64,000 nt of DNA from Acidobacteriota bacterium (GTDB taxonomy: Bacteria > Acidobacteriota > UBA890 > WLXD01), in contig CBDBHB010000006.1 of the NCBI GenBank assembly GCA_965205505.1, positions 96,001 to 160,000 on the forward strand, given 5' to 3'. Below the pieces are notes generated by a model that ran no database searches, was not told the DNA's origin, and was given only the letters and a program-made list of their open reading frames with translations. Each line of letters opens with the position of its first letter. Positions within the stretch are counted from its first letter, which is position 1. The translations under genes were made by a program, and so were the position numbers. Shown piece after piece: positions 9,031 to 19,477 of the stretch.

Positions 9031-9076
9031 TAGCCACTCATTTGCGCACAGGGTCTTGCGAGGCAATCAGGCTTGC

Positions 9077-9128
9077 TTGACAAGAATAGATAATTATTTA
9101 TATAAGTATTTCTATAATATTTTATCTA
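9077..9128 (+). promoter_or_regulatory. AT-rich promoter/operator upstream of the PadR gene
   Basis: TTGACA and TATAAT hexamers within an extremely AT-rich patch in a GC-rich genome. Confidence 0.55.
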
Positions 9129-9140
9129 CCAAGGGTCCTG

Positions 9141-9728
9141 ATGAGCCTCGAACACATCCTGCTCGGCATGCTTCGCACCCCGGCGACGGGGTACGACCTC
9201 GGCAAGCAGTTCGCCGATGCCCCGGCCCACTTCTGGTTTGCCGAGCGTAGCCAGATCTACCCGACGCTCAAGCGCATGGAGTCGCAAGGTCTACTCCAAC
9301 GGCAAGAGGCGCCCTCGGAGCGGGGTCCGCGTCGCCAGGTATACGAGACCACGCCGGCCGGACGTGCGGCCTTGCGCCATTGGCTGCGCGGAGGTCCGAA
9401 GATAGGCCGCGAGCGCCTGGGCTACGTAGCACAGACGTTTTTCCTGGGAGAGCTCGGCGACTTCGAGGAGTCGTTACGCATCGTCAAGCAGATGCGCCGC
9501 GAGTGGGCGCAGAAAGTCGCCGCGCTCGAGCTGGCCGAGCTCCAGATGCACGAGGAGTGCGGTGATTGCTCGCGGCTCGACGCCGACGGTTTTCATTACT
9601 ACGCGGCGCTGCGCATGGGGCTACATACCCACCGAGCCCGGATTGGCTGGTGTGACGAAACCATCGAGCAGCTGAACGAACGGATCGCCGAGGCCAGTCC
9701 GCAGCCGGTCGGCGCGAAGGAGCGATGA
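9141..9728 (+). CDS. PadR-family transcriptional regulator
   Basis: SLEHILLGML..PATGYDL, SQIYPTLKRME, RRQVYETTPAGR, AphA-like C-terminus. Confidence 0.92.
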   Translation: MSLEHILLGMLRTPATGYDLGKQFADAPAHFWFAERSQIYPTLKRMESQGLLQRQEAPSERGPRRQVYETTPAGRAALRHWLRGGPKIGRERLGYVAQTFFLGELGDFEESLRIVKQMRREWAQKVAALELAELQMHEECGDCSRLDADGFHYYAALRMGLHTHRARIGWCDETIEQLNERIAEASPQPVGAKER

Positions 9729-10471
9729 TGGACGCATTTATTGGCACCCTACGATGGGTACACGTCGTCCTGGGGTTTGTAGGGCTTGCCGCCTGGTGGG
9801 TACCGATTCTCACCAAGAAGGGTGGTAAGCGCCACGTAGCCTTCGGTAAGGTCTTCGCCGTTTGCGCCTACGCAGTGGCAGGCAGCGCGATGATCACGCC
9901 GCCGCTGCGGATCGGTGGCGCGCTGGCGGCCGGCGCCTCGTTGGCCGAGAACACCGCGAGCTTCGGGTTCTTGATCTTCCTGTTCTATCTCGGCACCGTA
10001 GCGTTCGCTCTGACTCGCCACGCGATCCAGACGGTGCGTACACGGCGCGATCCCGACGCCATTCGCACGCCGTTCCATATTGCTTTGGGGATACTGCCGG
10101 CCGTAGGTAGCGTGGTGGTTGTGGCCTGGGCGTTGCTGTTGTGGTCGGGTGTGTCGATCATCATGCTGGCGTTGTCGCCGGTGGGCATCCTGACCAGCCT
10201 GCAGATCCTCCGGTATCTCTACCGGCGCCCGACGGCGCGGATGGCCTGGTTCTATGCCCACATGGGCTCCATGCTCGGCGCCGGGATCGCCTTCCACACG
10301 GCGTTCCTGGTGTTTGGCTCGAGGATCCTCTTCGATCTCTCGATCCTGGGGCAGTTCAACTGGGTGCCGTGGGTGGCACCGGGTATCGTCGGGACGATCG
10401 CCAACCGTTACTGGGAGACTTACTATCGGCGCAAGTTCGGCGACCTGCCGGTCGCCCGCGCCGAGGCATAG
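9725..10471 (+). CDS. Multi-pass membrane protein (DUF2306-like)
   Basis: [26 protein letters not shown]. About 6-7 TM segments; coupled to padR. Confidence 0.7.
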   Translation: MMDAFIGTLRWVHVVLGFVGLAAWWVPILTKKGGKRHVAFGKVFAVCAYAVAGSAMITPPLRIGGALAAGASLAENTASFGFLIFLFYLGTVAFALTRHAIQTVRTRRDPDAIRTPFHIALGILPAVGSVVVVAWALLLWSGVSIIMLALSPVGILTSLQILRYLYRRPTARMAWFYAHMGSMLGAGIAFHTAFLVFGSRILFDLSILGQFNWVPWVAPGIVGTIANRYWETYYRRKFGDLPVARAEA

Positions 10472-10512
10472 ACGAGCGCCCGAGAGGCGTATCTCTCGAC
10501 GCTGCAAGTAAC

Positions 10513-13500
10513 ATGACAGCGATGGGAAACAATCGCACCGAGCCCTACAAGCCCGCACACCACGTGCGGGTGGTGACCGCCGCCTCGTTGTTCGATGGCC
10601 ACGACGTTGCCATCAACATCATGCGGCGCATCCTGCAAGCGTCCGGCGCCGAGGTGATCCACCTAGGACACAATCGTTCAGTCGCGGTGATCGTCGACTG
10701 CGCCATCCAGGAGGATGCCCAGGCCATCGCCGTGACCTCCTACCAGGGCGGCCACCTCGAGTACTTCAAGTACATGGTCGACTTGCTGCGCGATCGCGGT
10801 GCCGGCCATATCAAGGTCTTCTGCGGCGGTGGTGGCACCATTCATCCCGCCGAGATCGAAGAGCTGCACGAGTACGGCGTGGCGCGTGTCTACTCTCCGG
10901 ACGACGGGCGCACGCTCGGTCTGCAGGGGATGGTCAACGACCTGCTGCGGCAAAGCGACTTCCCGACGGTGGGGCCGACCTCGAACGGCCACCTCGCAGG
11001 ATTGGCTGACAGGAGTCCAAAGCTCATCGGCCAGCTCATCACCATGGTCGAGAACTACCCGGAGGCCGCCGGCGAGCTGCAGCCGGCGCTGCAGTCGATG
11101 GTCGAGGACCGCGCCGTGCCGGTGCTCGGTATCACCGGTCCCGGTGGCGCCGGAAAGTCCTCGCTGGTCGACGAGTTGGTGCGGCGCTTCTTGCTCGCGT
11201 CCGACGACACTACCGTTGCGGTGGTCTCGGTCGACCCTTCCAAGCGCCGCAGCGGAGGTGCGCTGCTGGGTGATCGCATCCGCATGAACGCGATCGACAG
11301 CGATCGCACCTACATGCGCTCCCTGGCGACACGCCAGTCCAACCTGGCGCTTTCCAAGCACGTGCGGCACGCGCTCGAGATCTGTCGCGCTGCCGGGTTC
11401 GATCTCATCATTCTGGAGACCTCCGGCATCGGGCAGTCAGACACCGAGATCACTGATCATGCCGATGTTTCGGTCTACGTGATGACGGCGGAGTACGGCG
11501 CTGCGACGCAGCTCGAGAAGATCGACATGCTCGACTTCGCCGACGTCATCGCGATCAACAAATTCGACAAGCGCGGCTCGCTCGATGCGTTGCGCGATGT
11601 CCGCAAGCAGTACAAGCGTAACCACGAGCTGTTCGAAACTCCCGACGAGGAGCTGCCTGTCTACGGCACCATCGCCTCGCAGTTCAACGACCCCGGCATG
11701 AACCGGCTGTATCGCGTGTTGATGAACAAGCTGGCGGGTAGAGGCAGCAAGCTGCCGCAGGTGGACCCGGAGGGGCTTGCCGCGATCGGCGACAAGGCGC
11801 TCATCATTCCTCCGGACCGCGTTCGCTACCTCGCCGAGATCGCCGAGGATAGCGACGCCTACGCCGCGTTCGTCGACGAGCAGGCGTCGATCGCCAGCAG
11901 CCTGTATCAACTGCACGGCGCCATCGAGCAGCTGCGCCCCGACGGCCCCGTCGCGACCGATCCCGTGCAGGAGCTTATCGACCGTCACGACGCCCTCGAG
12001 GAGCGGCTTGATGCGGGGTGCCGGCGCCTGCTGCGCGAGTGGCCCGCCACCCAGGAGCGCTACCGTGCCGACGTGCACCAGTACAAGGTGCGCGACGAGG
12101 TCATCGAGCGTTCGTTGTTCACCGAATCGCTATCCCACCTGCGAATCCCGAAGGTCTCGTTGCCCACCTACCGGGACTGGGGCGACGTGCTGCGCTGGCT
12201 GCTCATGGAGAACGTGCCTGGTGAGTTCCCCTTCGCTGCCGGAGTCTTCTCCCTCAAGCGCAACGAGACCGAAGATCCGGCGCGGATGTTCGCCGGCGAA
12301 GGGGGCCCGGAGCGCACCAACCACCGGTTTCACTACCTCTCCCACGGGATGCCGGCAAGGCGACTATCGACCGCATTCGATTCCGTCACCCTGTATGGGG
12401 AGGATCCCGACCCGCGCCCCGACATCTACGGCAAGGTCGGTAACTCCGGCGTGAGCATCTGTACCGTCGACGATGCCAAGAAGCTCTACTGCGGCTTCAA
12501 TCTGCTCGACTCGGCGACTTCCGTATCGATGACCATCAACGGCCCGGCGCCGATGTTGCTGGCGTTCTTCCTCAACGCCGCCATCGATCAGCAGTGCGAG
12601 ATACACATCAAGCGCGAGGGGCTCGGGGCTCAGGTCGAAGGCAAGATCGGTGAGATTTACGCCGCCAAGGGCGTCGCGCGCCCTGCCTATCAGGGGGAGC
12701 TGCCTGAGCACAACGACGGCCTGGGGTTGGCGCTTCTCGGCGTCAGCGGCGACCAGGTGCTGGACCGCGAGGTCTACGAGCGCATCAAGGCCGGTACCCT
12801 GCGCGGTGTCCGTGGCACGGTACAAGCCGACATCCTCAAGGAGGACCAGGCGCAGAATACCTGCATATTCTCGACCGAGTTCGCGCTGCGGATGATGGGC
12901 GACATCCAGCAGTACTTCATCGACCACGAGATACGTAATTTCTACTCGGTCTCGATCTCTGGCTATCACATGGCTGAAGCCGGAGCGAACCCGATCAGCC
13001 AGCTGGCGTTCACGCTCTCCAACGGCTTCACCTTCGTGGAGTACTACTTGTCGCGCGGCATGGCGATCGACGACTTCGCCCCCAACCTGTCGTTTTTCTT
13101 TTCCAACGGCATGGACCCCGAGTACTCGGTCATGGGGCGGGTGGCGCGGCGCATCTGGGCCAAGGCGATCAAGCGTAAGTACGGCGGCAACGCGCGCTCA
13201 CAGAAGCTCAAGTACCACATCCAGACGTCGGGCCGATCGCTGCACGCGCAGGAGATCGCCTTCAACGACATCCGCACCACGTTGCAGGCGCTCTACGCCA
13301 TCTACGATAACTGCAACTCGCTGCACACCAACGCCTACGACGAGGCGTTGACCACGCCCACCGCCGAGAGCGTGCGCCGGGCGCTGGCCATCCAGCTGAT
13401 CATCAACAAGGAGCTCGGCCTGGCGCGCAACGAGAACCCCCTGCAAGGGTCGTTCATCATCGATGAGCTCACCGATCTGGTCGAGCAGGCGGTGCTGCAG

Positions 13501-13911
13501 GAGTTCCGCAGCATCTCGGAGCGCGGCGGAGTGCTCGGTGCCATGGAGCGCATGTACCAGCGTTCCAAGATCCAGGAAGAGTCGCTGTACTACGAGACCC
13601 TCAAGCACACCGGCGAGCTACCGATCGTAGGGGTGAATACCTTCCTCGACGAGGATGGCTCGCCGACGATCATTCCCGACGACGTCTTCCGCTCCACCAC
13701 CGAGGAGAAGGAATACGCTATCGGCTCGCGGCAGGCGTTCCAGGAACGCAACCGCGACCGCGCCGGCGACGCGCTCGAGCACATGCAGCGCACTGCCGTG
13801 GAGAACGGCAACACCTTCGAGTCGCTGATGGAAGCCGCCAAGGTGTGCAGCCTGCGCCAGCTCACCGGGGCGATGTACGAGGTTGGTGGGCAGTACCGGC
13901 GGAACATGTAG
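10513..13911 (+). CDS. icmF: Fused isobutyryl-CoA mutase (B12-binding + G-protein + mutase)
   Basis: [29 protein letters not shown] (Phe at the ICM specificity position), [22 protein letters not shown] terminus. Confidence 0.95.
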   Translation: MTAMGNNRTEPYKPAHHVRVVTAASLFDGHDVAINIMRRILQASGAEVIHLGHNRSVAVIVDCAIQEDAQAIAVTSYQGGHLEYFKYMVDLLRDRGAGHIKVFCGGGGTIHPAEIEELHEYGVARVYSPDDGRTLGLQGMVNDLLRQSDFPTVGPTSNGHLAGLADRSPKLIGQLITMVENYPEAAGELQPALQSMVEDRAVPVLGITGPGGAGKSSLVDELVRRFLLASDDTTVAVVSVDPSKRRSGGALLGDRIRMNAIDSDRTYMRSLATRQSNLALSKHVRHALEICRAAGFDLIILETSGIGQSDTEITDHADVSVYVMTAEYGAATQLEKIDMLDFADVIAINKFDKRGSLDALRDVRKQYKRNHELFETPDEELPVYGTIASQFNDPGMNRLYRVLMNKLAGRGSKLPQVDPEGLAAIGDKALIIPPDRVRYLAEIAEDSDAYAAFVDEQASIASSLYQLHGAIEQLRPDGPVATDPVQELIDRHDALEERLDAGCRRLLREWPATQERYRADVHQYKVRDEVIERSLFTESLSHLRIPKVSLPTYRDWGDVLRWLLMENVPGEFPFAAGVFSLKRNETEDPARMFAGEGGPERTNHRFHYLSHGMPARRLSTAFDSVTLYGEDPDPRPDIYGKVGNSGVSICTVDDAKKLYCGFNLLDSATSVSMTINGPAPMLLAFFLNAAIDQQCEIHIKREGLGAQVEGKIGEIYAAKGVARPAYQGELPEHNDGLGLALLGVSGDQVLDREVYERIKAGTLRGVRGTVQADILKEDQAQNTCIFSTEFALRMMGDIQQYFIDHEIRNFYSVSISGYHMAEAGANPISQLAFTLSNGFTFVEYYLSRGMAIDDFAPNLSFFFSNGMDPEYSVMGRVARRIWAKAIKRKYGGNARSQKLKYHIQTSGRSLHAQEIAFNDIRTTLQALYAIYDNCNSLHTNAYDEALTTPTAESVRRALAIQLIINKELGLARNENPLQGSFIIDELTDLVEQAVLQEFRSISERGGVLGAMERMYQRSKIQEESLYYETLKHTGELPIVGVNTFLDEDGSPTIIPDDVFRSTTEEKEYAIGSRQAFQERNRDRAGDALEHMQRTAVENGNTFESLMEAAKVCSLRQLTGAMYEVGGQYRRNM

Positions 13912-13930
13912 ACGGCCGAAGTCCCAGCCC

Positions 13931-14680
13931 GTGAGTGAGCGCGTGCCAGAGCTACGGATTGTCTGCTTCAACGTGCGGGCCGGAGGATCGGTGGGCCACT
14001 GGCAGGAGATGATCGACCGGCTCGCCCCCGACTTCGCGCTGGTGCAGGAGACGCGCGATCCTCGGGAGTTCGCGAGGGCGTTGGCGGTTCCCCGCCGCCG
14101 GCTATTGTGGGCGCCGGTCGAGCACGGCAAGTGGGGCACAGCGATGCTGGTGCCGCGCCGGCCGCGTCGGCTGCTGCCGATCACGGGTTTTGAGGGCTGG
14201 GCGTTCGGAGCCGAGGTGACAGCGTGGCCGCGGCGGCCGCCGCTACACGTGTACAGCGTGCACATGCCGGCGCGGCGGATCAGCTACGTGCGCGAGGCCA
14301 ACGCGATGCTAGACGGCATCGTGTCGCAGTCGGCCGGTGCCGACCTGGTGATCGGGGGCGACTTCAATCTGACGGTGGCGCATCGAGCGGCGGGGGAATG
14401 GCGCGCCAACAGCCCCGCTGAGCAGCGCTTCCTGGAACGGACGGAGAGCGAGCTCGGGCTGATCAATACCTGGCGTGCATTGCACCCGCGGGTGCCGCTA
14501 CCACAGACGCTGCGCTGGACGCGTGACCCGATGACGCCGTACCACTGCGACGAGATCCTGGTGCCGGAACGCTGGGCTCCCTCGATACAGACCGCTGAGG
14601 TGCACGCCGGCGATGAATGGGACCGCCTCAGCGACCACAACCCGGTCAGCGTCGCCATCAGGCGCCCGCCGGTCAGGTAA
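13931..14680 (+). CDS. Endonuclease/exonuclease/phosphatase (EEP) family protein
   Basis: RIVCFNV, LVQET, GGDFN, SDHNPV. Confidence 0.85.
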   Translation: MSERVPELRIVCFNVRAGGSVGHWQEMIDRLAPDFALVQETRDPREFARALAVPRRRLLWAPVEHGKWGTAMLVPRRPRRLLPITGFEGWAFGAEVTAWPRRPPLHVYSVHMPARRISYVREANAMLDGIVSQSAGADLVIGGDFNLTVAHRAAGEWRANSPAEQRFLERTESELGLINTWRALHPRVPLPQTLRWTRDPMTPYHCDEILVPERWAPSIQTAEVHAGDEWDRLSDHNPVSVAIRRPPVR

Positions 14681-14842
14681 GGCGAACCCGCCCGGACGTG
14701 CTCTCGAGGGTCACGCTAACCCGGACGCTCTGGCCTGGCTCTCGATCAACCGTTGACAGTGCCCCGAGGTCGATGGAAGGATGCGAGGGCCACGGGATTG
14801 TACCCGTGAGTTCTGCTTCCGGACCGAGACGAGGAGGGAGCC

Positions 14843-15670
14843 ATGGAGGTCGATCGCAGAGCGTTTCTTGCCACACTGGGCGTCGGAGCGATGGAGCTCA
14901 TGTCGCCCGAGGACAAGGCCGAAGAGCTCGAGCACTACATGATGGAGCATCTCGATCACGCCGTCGCCGAGCGCGCCGGCGTCGAAGGTCCGGTGCTCTA
15001 TATGCCCGACGGCGAGGCGGTGGCGGTTGCCGAGCTCGAGCAGCAAGACGAGCTCCGGGCGCCGCGAGGTACGGGCAGCCTGTTCATGCCACGCGCCGAA
15101 GCGTTCGCCCCGATGTCGGACAAGCCGACGCTGGCAGAGTTCTTCGAGAAGCGCTTCGCACCCGCCAACCACGTGCTGCAGAGTGCTGCTCACGCGCTCA
15201 AGACCGGGCAGCCGGAGCATACGATCCTGGCGTGCCTACTCCATGACGTGGTGTTGAACCTGATCAAGGTCGACCACGGCTGGTGGGGCGCGCAGCTCAT
15301 GGAGCCGTACGTCGACGAGCGCATCAGCTGGGGCATCCGCTACCACGGCCCGCTGCGTTTCTACCCCGACGAGAGCGTCGGCTACGAGTATCCGGAGATG
15401 TATAACCGGATCTTCGGCGAGGACTACGTCCCCGAGCCGTACATCGCGGAGGCCTACGAGTACGCGCGGGCGCATCGCCTATACATGGATGCTCGCATGA
15501 TCACGGTCAACGATACCTACGCTTTCGACCGCAACGCGGAAGTGTCGATCGAACCGTTCATCGACATCATCGGACGCCATTTCAAGCAACCGAAGGAAGG
15601 ATTGGGGTACGACAACAGCCCGTCTGCCCACATGTGGCGCACGATCGCCTACCCGAACCGGCCGCTTTAG
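14843..15670 (+). CDS. HD-domain metal-dependent protein with Tat-like N-terminus
   Basis: DRRAFLATLG start, NHVLQSA, ACLLHD, DHG, IRYH. Strong GGAGGGAG RBS. Confidence 0.7.
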   Translation: MEVDRRAFLATLGVGAMELMSPEDKAEELEHYMMEHLDHAVAERAGVEGPVLYMPDGEAVAVAELEQQDELRAPRGTGSLFMPRAEAFAPMSDKPTLAEFFEKRFAPANHVLQSAAHALKTGQPEHTILACLLHDVVLNLIKVDHGWWGAQLMEPYVDERISWGIRYHGPLRFYPDESVGYEYPEMYNRIFGEDYVPEPYIAEAYEYARAHRLYMDARMITVNDTYAFDRNAEVSIEPFIDIIGRHFKQPKEGLGYDNSPSAHMWRTIAYPNRPL

Positions 15671-15777
15671 CACCCTGTTAGACACCTCGGGACGCTGGTC
15701 TGATATGCGGGGGTGCGGCCGGTGCCGCGCCTCTGTCTGACGGTGCGCCTGTGCCGACTCTGCAGGGCAGTGTGCAC

Positions 15778-16134
15778 GTGCGGGAGGTATCGAGCGGTCG
15801 GACATTTCCGGTCTCTACCAGTACCCGTGGTGGTCAGTTCCCTCGCTGGTCGCGGGACGGAAGGGAGATTTACTACGCATCCGTCACAAGCCCAGGCATC
15901 CTCGTCGCGGAGGTGGCGATGGAGCCGTTTTCCGCATCCGGCCCTGTCGAAGTCTCGGACATCGTCATGCGTGCCGTGTCCAACTTCGATGTCACCGCCG
16001 ACGGCCAGAAGTTCCTCGTGACGGTGCCCGCTGGTAGCGATGAGACTGGGGGCACGGCACCCAGCACACGACTCAACGTCGTCCTCAACTGGTTCGAGGA
16101 GCTGAACCGGCTGGTGCCGACGGACGGCTCCTGA
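15778..16134 (+). pseudogene. C-terminal fragment of a Ser/Thr kinase-TolB/PD40 protein
   Basis: PVST..GGQFPRWSRDGREIYY, FDVTADGQKFL, VVLNWFEELNRLVP. No kinase domain upstream. Confidence 0.75.
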
Positions 16135-16182
16135 TGATCGGCAAGACACTCGGCCACTACGAGATCCTCGCCCCGCTCGGCG
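16134..16182 (+). pseudogene. N-terminal stub of a Ser/Thr kinase
   Basis: MIGKTLGHYEILAPLG, breaking off just before the expected GGMGEVY. Confidence 0.7.
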
Positions 16183-16306
16183 GCGCCAGCTCACCGGGGC
16201 GATGTACGAGGTCGGGGGTCAGTACCGCCGCAACATGTAGCCCGCGACAATGGCTGCTCGCACCGTAGTGCGGATCGTCTGCTTCAACATGCGGGCCGGG
16301 GGATCG
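16183..16306 (+). repeat. Diverged second copy of the icmF 3' end plus the EEP 5' end
   Basis: Encodes [18 protein letters not shown] and RIVCFNMRAGGS; homologous to 13854-13990. Confidence 0.9.
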
Positions 16307-16342
16307 CCGCGCGCGTCGGCGAATTGCGGCAGGCCGCGTGGC

Positions 16343-17197
16343 CTACTGCACCAGAATCGTCAGGCTCTTCTTGGCGTTGCGACCAGCGCGATCGATGACA
16401 TTGAGGTCGACTTGGTCGCCGCTCGAAGCGACGTTCGTTGCCTTCAGCGTAACCGTCAGGGTCTTGCCCTGGACCTCGAAGTCGACGATCTCGAGGCTGG
16501 CGTCCTCCAGCACCGGGATCACATCGCCGCTGAAGCGCTTGCCGATGATCGTAAAGGTCTGCGTTTGTCCCGGGGCGATCGTGCCCGGCTCGATCGAGGT
16601 GAGCTTCGGCAGCCCAGCCTTCTTCTGCAGATGGTGATAGAGCGTTAGCGGCACCGTGGTGCCGCTGGGCGCCGTGTAGGTGCCCTGCAAGCGTGTGTTC
16701 TTCTTTACGAAGCTGCCGCTGAAGTTGCCGGCAGGGCCCGCGAACGCCGCGCCGTCGGCATCGGCGGTGGCGCTGGTCAGGGGGCCCCCCTGCACCGCCC
16801 GCGCGCCGAGGCCGCGCCGCAGGATCGACCCGAAACCGTCGAGGTCAAGCTTGCCGCGCGTCAGCCGGCCGCCGCTGGTAACGAAAGCCCCGATGTTCTG
16901 CGCCACACCGTCGATCGTCGCCAGCCCGGTCCACGGGCCATCGGGCTGGTTGGGGTCGTCGATACGCTTGAACTCGAGCGACCCCTGGCGACCGATGAAG
17001 CCGACCTCTTGCCAGGTGCCCTGGGCGGTGCCCTTGTTGGGCCTGAACTTCACGGTTGCTGTGAAGGTATCGATCCCCGGGCTGAAATTGTCGAGCGGGT
17101 CGTTTTTATGGCTCAGCTTGCCGCTGAATGTAGTGCCGTTGCTGGTGACGTCCTCGATCTTGAACGCCGGGAAAGTCTGTCCCTGGGCGGTGATCAC
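16343..17197 (-). CDS. Beta-rich protein with C-terminal IPT/TIG-like Ig fold, probably 5'-truncated
   Basis: PKLTSIEPGTIAPGQTQTFTIIGKRF. GC3-biased coding frame but no signal peptide. Confidence 0.55.
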   Translation of the reverse strand: MITAQGQTFPAFKIEDVTSNGTTFSGKLSHKNDPLDNFSPGIDTFTATVKFRPNKGTAQGTWQEVGFIGRQGSLEFKRIDDPNQPDGPWTGLATIDGVAQNIGAFVTSGGRLTRGKLDLDGFGSILRRGLGARAVQGGPLTSATADADGAAFAGPAGNFSGSFVKKNTRLQGTYTAPSGTTVPLTLYHHLQKKAGLPKLTSIEPGTIAPGQTQTFTIIGKRFSGDVIPVLEDASLEIVDFEVQGKTLTVTLKATNVASSGDQVDLNVIDRAGRNAKKSLTILVQ

Positions 17198-17751
17198 GCG
17201 GGGGGCAGCTCGCCGCCCTCGTGTGTCGCGATCGGCATGAAGCCGAGCCTGCGTGTGTGGAATCCGAAGGGGTTGTGCGGATCGTCGTCGATGGTATCGG
17301 TCACGAGATGCGTACAACCGGCGGCCAGCGTCTCATGCAATACAGCGCCCATCAGCGCCAGTACTACGGTGTGGCGTCGGCGCCACGCCGGCACGATGAG
17401 CAGGCGCCCGACCTCGGCGATGCGAGCGTCGTCGGGCACCTCCGTCAAGTCGACGCCCGGCAACGGTCGCAGCGCCGACGTGCCAGGATGGAACGTGCTG
17501 AGTTCGTAGCGGATGCGCACACAGCCGACGGGCTCGCTGCCGGCGAGCGCCATCAGCCAGACCGGGTCGTCGTGTTGGCCGACGTCCTCGGGGACCTCGC
17601 CATCCGCCGCCTCGACCCAGTGCTTCTCGCCCACGAGCACCTTCCGGACCACCTCGATGACCGCATTGCGCTCGCCATCCGTCCGTACACGCTCGACCGA
17701 CACCCTGGACCTCGGCATGACCTCCGCTCCGCTGCGGGCAATCGTGACCAC
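17194..17751 (-). CDS. GNAT-fold acyltransferase (N-acyl amino acid synthase/FeeM-like), possibly 3'-truncated
   Basis: VLVGEKHW, PVGCVRI, IAEVGRLLIVPAWRR. Confidence 0.65.
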   Translation of the reverse strand: MVTIARSGAEVMPRSRVSVERVRTDGERNAVIEVVRKVLVGEKHWVEAADGEVPEDVGQHDDPVWLMALAGSEPVGCVRIRYELSTFHPGTSALRPLPGVDLTEVPDDARIAEVGRLLIVPAWRRRHTVVLALMGAVLHETLAAGCTHLVTDTIDDDPHNPFGFHTRRLGFMPIATHEGGELPPA

Positions 17752-17789
17752 CCTGCACCATTATCGCGTGCGACGCCAGCGAGATCACT

Positions 17790-17965
17790 TTGACGCCGTT
17801 GCGAAGTTGCTCTATGTTGCCCGGCGCGATCCACAAGGGCATTTGACGAACCGGCAGACCGGGAGGCGGGCAACACGGCCGGTGCCGCTCCTCTGTCTGA
17901 CTGCGACCGTGTGGCCGACTCTGCAGTGCATTTTCTTTGACGACGTGGCCACGCTGCTCTATGTT
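17790..17965 (+). promoter_or_regulatory. Two tandem sigma70-type promoters
   Basis: TTGACG-N17-TATGTT at 17790-17818 and at 17937-17965. Confidence 0.7.
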
Positions 17966-18012
17966 GCCGGACGCCAACCGCGAGAACACGAGGATCCGAC
18001 ACGAGGGCCTGC

Positions 18013-19233
18013 ATGGGCATCAACAAGCAATTCTCCGGCTACCGCTCGTTCGACTACCTGAAGACCACGCGCGATTTCCGCGAGTTCGAGCTCGTCGAGG
18101 GCCACTGCAAGGATGAGCCGTACTTGCTGCCGCTGGCGGCCGAGCAGGAGGCTCGCGTCGAGGATCTGGCCGAGCGGCTGATGATGATCTCGCTCCATGA
18201 GCACCCCCACTACTTCCCGGTCGCGCTCGACGAGATGATGGCGTACGACCGCGAAGCGCGCGTGTACACGGCTTACGAGGCGCTGGGCGAGTCGTACTGG
18301 GATTGCGTGTTCGACAATTTCCTCGACGGCAGCGCGATCATCACCTCCAAGAGCGGCTGGAAGTGGGACGACGTCCTCTACGACATGGGCATGCGCCTTT
18401 GCGATCTCGCCCATCAGGACTTCATCATCCGCTGCGAAGTCGTTGACGATATCCACCGTGCGCACCGCGAGGGACGTATTGCGCTGGTGCCGGCGCAGGA
18501 GGGTGCGGCGATGATCGAGAACGAGCTCGACCGCATCGAGATCCTCTACGGCTTCGGGCTGCGCGTGCTCGGCATTTGCTACAGCGAGTCGAACGCGCTC
18601 GGTACCGGCCTTAAGGAGGTCCGGGACGGCGGTCTCACCGCGTTCGGCAAGCGTGCCGTGGCACGCATGAACGAGGTGGGTATGGCGATCGACTGCGCCC
18701 ACGCCAGCGATCAAACGACACTCGATACGGTCGAGGCCAGCAGCAAGCCGATTTTCCTGACCCACACCGGGGCACGGGCCCTGTGGGATATCAAGCGGCT
18801 TGCTCCCGACGAGGTCATCAAGGTGGTCGCCGGCAAGGGCGGCGTGATCGGCATCGAGGCAGCGCCGCACACGACGATCACCGACCGGCATCCGCGGCAC
18901 GATATCGAATCGTTCATGGAGCACTTCGAGTACGTGAGGGACCTGGTCGGAGTCGACCACGTTGCCTTCGGACCTGACACGCTCTGGGGCGATCACGTCG
19001 GCGTGCACAAGGTTTATGCGAGTTTGTTGTCGATCGATGCTTCCCACGAGGGCGGCGGCAAGTCGTCCGGCCCCAGCCACGAGATGGTGGAGTACGTGCG
19101 CGGAATCGAGAACCCGACCGAGGGCTCGAAGAACATCCTGCGATGGCTGGTGCAGCACGACTACGCCGAGGAGGACGTTGCGAAGGTGATGGCCGGAAAC
19201 ATCCTGCGGGTGCTCGACGAGGCATGGCAGTGA
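18013..19233 (+). CDS. Membrane dipeptidase (M19 family)
   Basis: SLHEH, QEGA, GGLTAFGKRAVARMNEVGMAIDCAH, THTGAR, GVDHVAFGPD. Confidence 0.9.
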   Translation: MGINKQFSGYRSFDYLKTTRDFREFELVEGHCKDEPYLLPLAAEQEARVEDLAERLMMISLHEHPHYFPVALDEMMAYDREARVYTAYEALGESYWDCVFDNFLDGSAIITSKSGWKWDDVLYDMGMRLCDLAHQDFIIRCEVVDDIHRAHREGRIALVPAQEGAAMIENELDRIEILYGFGLRVLGICYSESNALGTGLKEVRDGGLTAFGKRAVARMNEVGMAIDCAHASDQTTLDTVEASSKPIFLTHTGARALWDIKRLAPDEVIKVVAGKGGVIGIEAAPHTTITDRHPRHDIESFMEHFEYVRDLVGVDHVAFGPDTLWGDHVGVHKVYASLLSIDASHEGGGKSSGPSHEMVEYVRGIENPTEGSKNILRWLVQHDYAEEDVAKVMAGNILRVLDEAWQ

Positions 19234-19469
19234 CGCACCCCGGCGGCGAACGACCTGCGGCCGCAGCGCGAACGGTCCCGCAGCGGCCGCGGTTGCCGCG
19301 TGTCTCGATCGCGCTGATGGCGTTCTTTCTCGTTGGTGGCAGCCTGGGGCTGCTGGTCGACTGGCCGCCCGGTCCCGCCAATCTCGACTGGGGAGTGTGG
19401 ATCCTGGTCTACGGCGGCTATGTGTACGTGATCGCGGCGGCGCTGTTCTACGTCAGGACGGGGCGCTAG
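19230..19469 (+). CDS. Small two-TM membrane protein (SSS-associated)
   Basis: Two hydrophobic helices. GTGA overlap with the dipeptidase; directly precedes the symporter. Confidence 0.65.
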   Translation: MTHPGGERPAAAARTVPQRPRLPRVSIALMAFFLVGGSLGLLVDWPPGPANLDWGVWILVYGGYVYVIAAALFYVRTGR

Positions 19470-19477
19470 CAGATGAC

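Noticed and set aside
8499-9037. Small ORFs across the IS 3' end and MITE A
   Set aside because: Better explained as structured non-coding sequence; no recognisable protein motifs.
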